A stretch of DNA of 27,699 nt from Bdellovibrionales bacterium. Lineage in GTDB: Bacteria; Bdellovibrionota; UBA1018; CAIMNF01. The stretch lies in contig JBEIJY010000033.1 of the NCBI GenBank assembly GCA_040380025.1, positions 1 through 27,699 of the forward strand, in the 5' to 3' direction. Shown in pieces: positions 25,272 to 27,699 of the stretch (position 1 is its first letter; every line of letters begins with the position of its first letter). Below the pieces are notes generated by a model. That model was given only the letters and a program-made list of their open reading frames with translations, searched no databases and had not been told where the DNA came from. Position numbers and translations under genes: made by a program.

Positions 25272-27699
25272 ATGGACGTGAGACGCATCGACAAACGATT
25301 GACTCGCAGAAGCCAAACGAAAGCGGCGCTACTCCTCGTCTGCCTGATCCTGGCCCCCGCCTGCTCCAAACGGAATCCTCGCGGAAGCTTCATCGATGAG
25401 CGATTCCGGCCGGGAATCACCCTTCCCGATCCGGGAGGAACGCCCGCGACCATGTCGGGCCTCAGCTACGGACAGGGGAACTTCGTGTTCACCAAGAACC
25501 GCAGCATTGCACCTCTTACCCCCGTACTTGATTCCGGAACACCCACCCTTTACTCAATTTCTCCCTCGCTCCCCCCAGGCCTCTCACTCAACCCAACCCT
25601 CGGAATCATCTCGGGCACTCCGGGGGCTGTCTTTTCCCTCACTTCATTTACCGTCACGGCATCGAATGCGTCGGGAAGCACATCGACCTCGCTCTCGATT
25701 CAGGTTCAGGGAACCGATGCCCTTCAAAGCTCGGTCTCGGAGTCGCCGGCACAGGTCGTCGCCAATGGTGTCTCGAGCGGTGCCGTGACCGTCACGATTC
25801 TGGATCGCGACGGGAACCCGGTTCCGGGGCAAATCGTGTCTCTTGCCTCCTCACGGGGAGCCCTCGATACAATCGAACCTCCGAGCGTGACTACAAACGC
25901 ATCAGGAATCGCGGTGTTTTCTTTGCGATCCACTCGAAGCGGAACCGTCGCCCTGAGCGCAACCGACACTTCGGATTCGGTCGCCATCACGGATACGGCC
26001 ATAATGACATTCGTTGCGGGCCCCGCACACGAGCTCGTGAAGATCTCGGGGGATTCGCAAACCGGATCCGTGAATGCACCGCTCGCGAACCCGCTGGTGG
26101 TCGAGGTTCGCGATGAGTTCGGGAATGCGGTTCCGGGCGCGAGCGTTCAATATTCGGTCACTTCGGGCGGCGGGAGTGTCACTCCGGCGCAGGTTTCGAC
26201 GGGAGCGAATGGTCGTGCGAGCGCCTCGCTCACCTCGGGCACGAATGCCTCGCTTGCACAATCGGTGCGGGTGACGAATGAGTCACGGGAAGTTTTCTTC
26301 TCGGCCACGGCTCAAGCAGGTGCCCTGAATCGTCTTACGTTGCTTCCGATGACGGTGACCCCGACCGCGGGCGATTGCGTCCAGGTGGTGGTGTCGCGCG
26401 AGGACGGATTCGGGAACCTGGCGTCTCCTGCGAGTGCCACAACTGTCGGGCTTTCGGTCACGGGCGGGGGCGGGTTCTACCCGGCAAACGGATGCGCGGG
26501 ATCGGCGATTTCTCAGGCGACGATCGATGCGGGAGACTCGCAAAAAGTCGTGTTCTTCAAGAGCACCACATCCGGCCCAAAAACGATCACGGTAAGTGCG
26601 AATCCGCTTCAGCCTGCGAGTGCGGGACTCACCGTTGCGACGGGTGCTCCCCATCAACTCGCATTCACCACCGAGCCCTCGAACACCACTGCGGGATCAC
26701 CCCTTAGCGTTGCGGTCGAGGTGCGGGATTCGTTTCAAAACCCCATTCCGACGGCCAACGGGGCGGTTTCACTTACGATCTCAGCCGGGGCGATCGCGGC
26801 AGGAGGCAGTGCGAACCCCGTCAACGGAAGAGCCCAATTCAACAACCTCATCATCCATACCGCAGGAGAGAATCTCATCCTCACGGCTAGCTATCACGGG
26901 CTCACCGCGGCCTCGAGCCAATTCAACGTGAACCCGGCTTCAGTCACCAGGCTCGCCCTCTCCGGACTCTCCGACGCCACCGCAGGCACCGACCAGACCC
27001 TCACCGTCCAGGCATTCGATGCCAACAACAACCTTGCCACCCACTTCAATGGAGCCGTGACCCTGAGCAGCTCGGACGGTTCGGCCGAGCTGGGCGCGCC
27101 CGCGAATCTCACGAACGGTACCGCCATTTTCTCTGCCATGCTGAAAACCGCAGGTTCACAGGCCGTCACCGCCACCACCACCGTGAACAACCAAACCATC
27201 ACGGCCACCTCGACGGCTACCATCTCGGCAGGACCATACTCCGCATCTCAATCTGTGGTCTCTCTCTCCGCAAACACCGTCATCTCCGGCTCCTCCATTA
27301 CCGCAACCCTCACCCCGAAAGACGAGTACGGAAACCTGAACCCTTCAGGATTGCCCCAAGACCCTGCTCAGATCACATTCCGTTCGAGCATGGTCGGCGG
27401 AACCGGCAGCTTCGCCCCGGTATCTTATTCGCAAGCACAGGCCGTCTACACCGCCTCGTTCACAGGCGCAGTCGCAGGATCAGTCACGATCGGGGCTGGC
27501 ATCGCCGGAACTCCGGTCACCTCGACCGCGGACCTTACCATCACCCCGGGCACTGCCCATCGCCTGGTGACCGTCTCGGGCGATTCACAAACAGGCACCG
27601 TGAATCAGCAACTGGCAAATCCCCTGATCGTGAGACTCGAAGACTCCCATCAAAACCCGGTGCCGAACCAGACCATCACGTTCCAGGTCTCCCAAGGAA
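25272..27699 (+). CDS. Second giant Ig-repeat surface lipoprotein, paralog of 20064..25229; 3' end outside the window
   Basis: Frame from ATG 25272 reads MDVRRIDKRLTRRSQTKAALLLVCLILAPACSKRNPRGSFIDERFRPGI...LPPGLSLNPTLGIISGTP... and is still in frame at the window end (...NPVPNQTITFQVSQG). Absent from the ORF track, consistent with having no stop in the window. Confidence 0.88.
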   Translation, partial: MDVRRIDKRLTRRSQTKAALLLVCLILAPACSKRNPRGSFIDERFRPGITLPDPGGTPATMSGLSYGQGNFVFTKNRSIAPLTPVLDSGTPTLYSISPSLPPGLSLNPTLGIISGTPGAVFSLTSFTVTASNASGSTSTSLSIQVQGTDALQSSVSESPAQVVANGVSSGAVTVTILDRDGNPVPGQIVSLASSRGALDTIEPPSVTTNASGIAVFSLRSTRSGTVALSATDTSDSVAITDTAIMTFVAGPAHELVKISGDSQTGSVNAPLANPLVVEVRDEFGNAVPGASVQYSVTSGGGSVTPAQVSTGANGRASASLTSGTNASLAQSVRVTNESREVFFSATAQAGALNRLTLLPMTVTPTAGDCVQVVVSREDGFGNLASPASATTVGLSVTGGGGFYPANGCAGSAISQATIDAGDSQKVVFFKSTTSGPKTITVSANPLQPASAGLTVATGAPHQLAFTTEPSNTTAGSPLSVAVEVRDSFQNPIPTANGAVSLTISAGAIAAGGSANPVNGRAQFNNLIIHTAGENLILTASYHGLTAASSQFNVNPASVTRLALSGLSDATAGTDQTLTVQAFDANNNLATHFNGAVTLSSSDGSAELGAPANLTNGTAIFSAMLKTAGSQAVTATTTVNNQTITATSTATISAGPYSASQSVVSLSANTVISGSSITATLTPKDEYGNLNPSGLPQDPAQITFRSSMVGGTGSFAPVSYSQAQAVYTASFTGAVAGSVTIGAGIAGTPVTSTADLTITPGTAHRLVTVSGDSQTGTVNQQLANPLIVRLEDSHQNPVPNQTITFQVSQG

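Noticed and set aside
25090..27699. Complete diversity-generating retroelement
   Set aside because: No reverse transcriptase, avd gene or template repeat is visible in the window; only a compatible target fold.

Overview
Bacterial genomic window. Its gene content and surface-protein families resemble Bdellovibrionota/deltaproteobacteria (inference only). From left to right it holds: the 3' end and right inverted repeat of an IS3-family element; a DUF418 membrane protein; a NucS/EndoMS-like PD-(D/E)XK nuclease fused to an EVE/PUA-like domain; and a DedA/YqaA membrane protein. Next is a tightly coupled minus-strand biosynthetic operon (heme-oxygenase-like dimetal oxidase, three ATP-grasp ligases, MFS exporter, 2Fe-2S ferredoxin) behind a well-spaced sigma54 -24/-12 promoter. 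Divergent from it are an ornithine-cyclodeaminase-family gene with a DMT exporter, then an ABC ATPase with two DUF3526 permeases; both units carry the same AAATGCAA-N5-TTGCATTT palindrome (Zur/Fur-like) over a predicted -35. After rmuC comes a surface-protein locus: an IPT/RCC1 lipoprotein, a LysM plus beta-barrel protein, a 1721-aa Ig-repeat lipoprotein with a C-terminal FGE/Mtd-type C-type-lectin fold, and a second paralog cut off by the window edge. The best candidates for undescribed systems are (1) the oxidase/triple-ATP-grasp small-peptide cluster with a possibly metal-regulated arm and (2) a 'split intimin'-like barrel plus lipoprotein-adhesin locus with sigma28-like promoters. All calls come from motif recognition; no searches were run.
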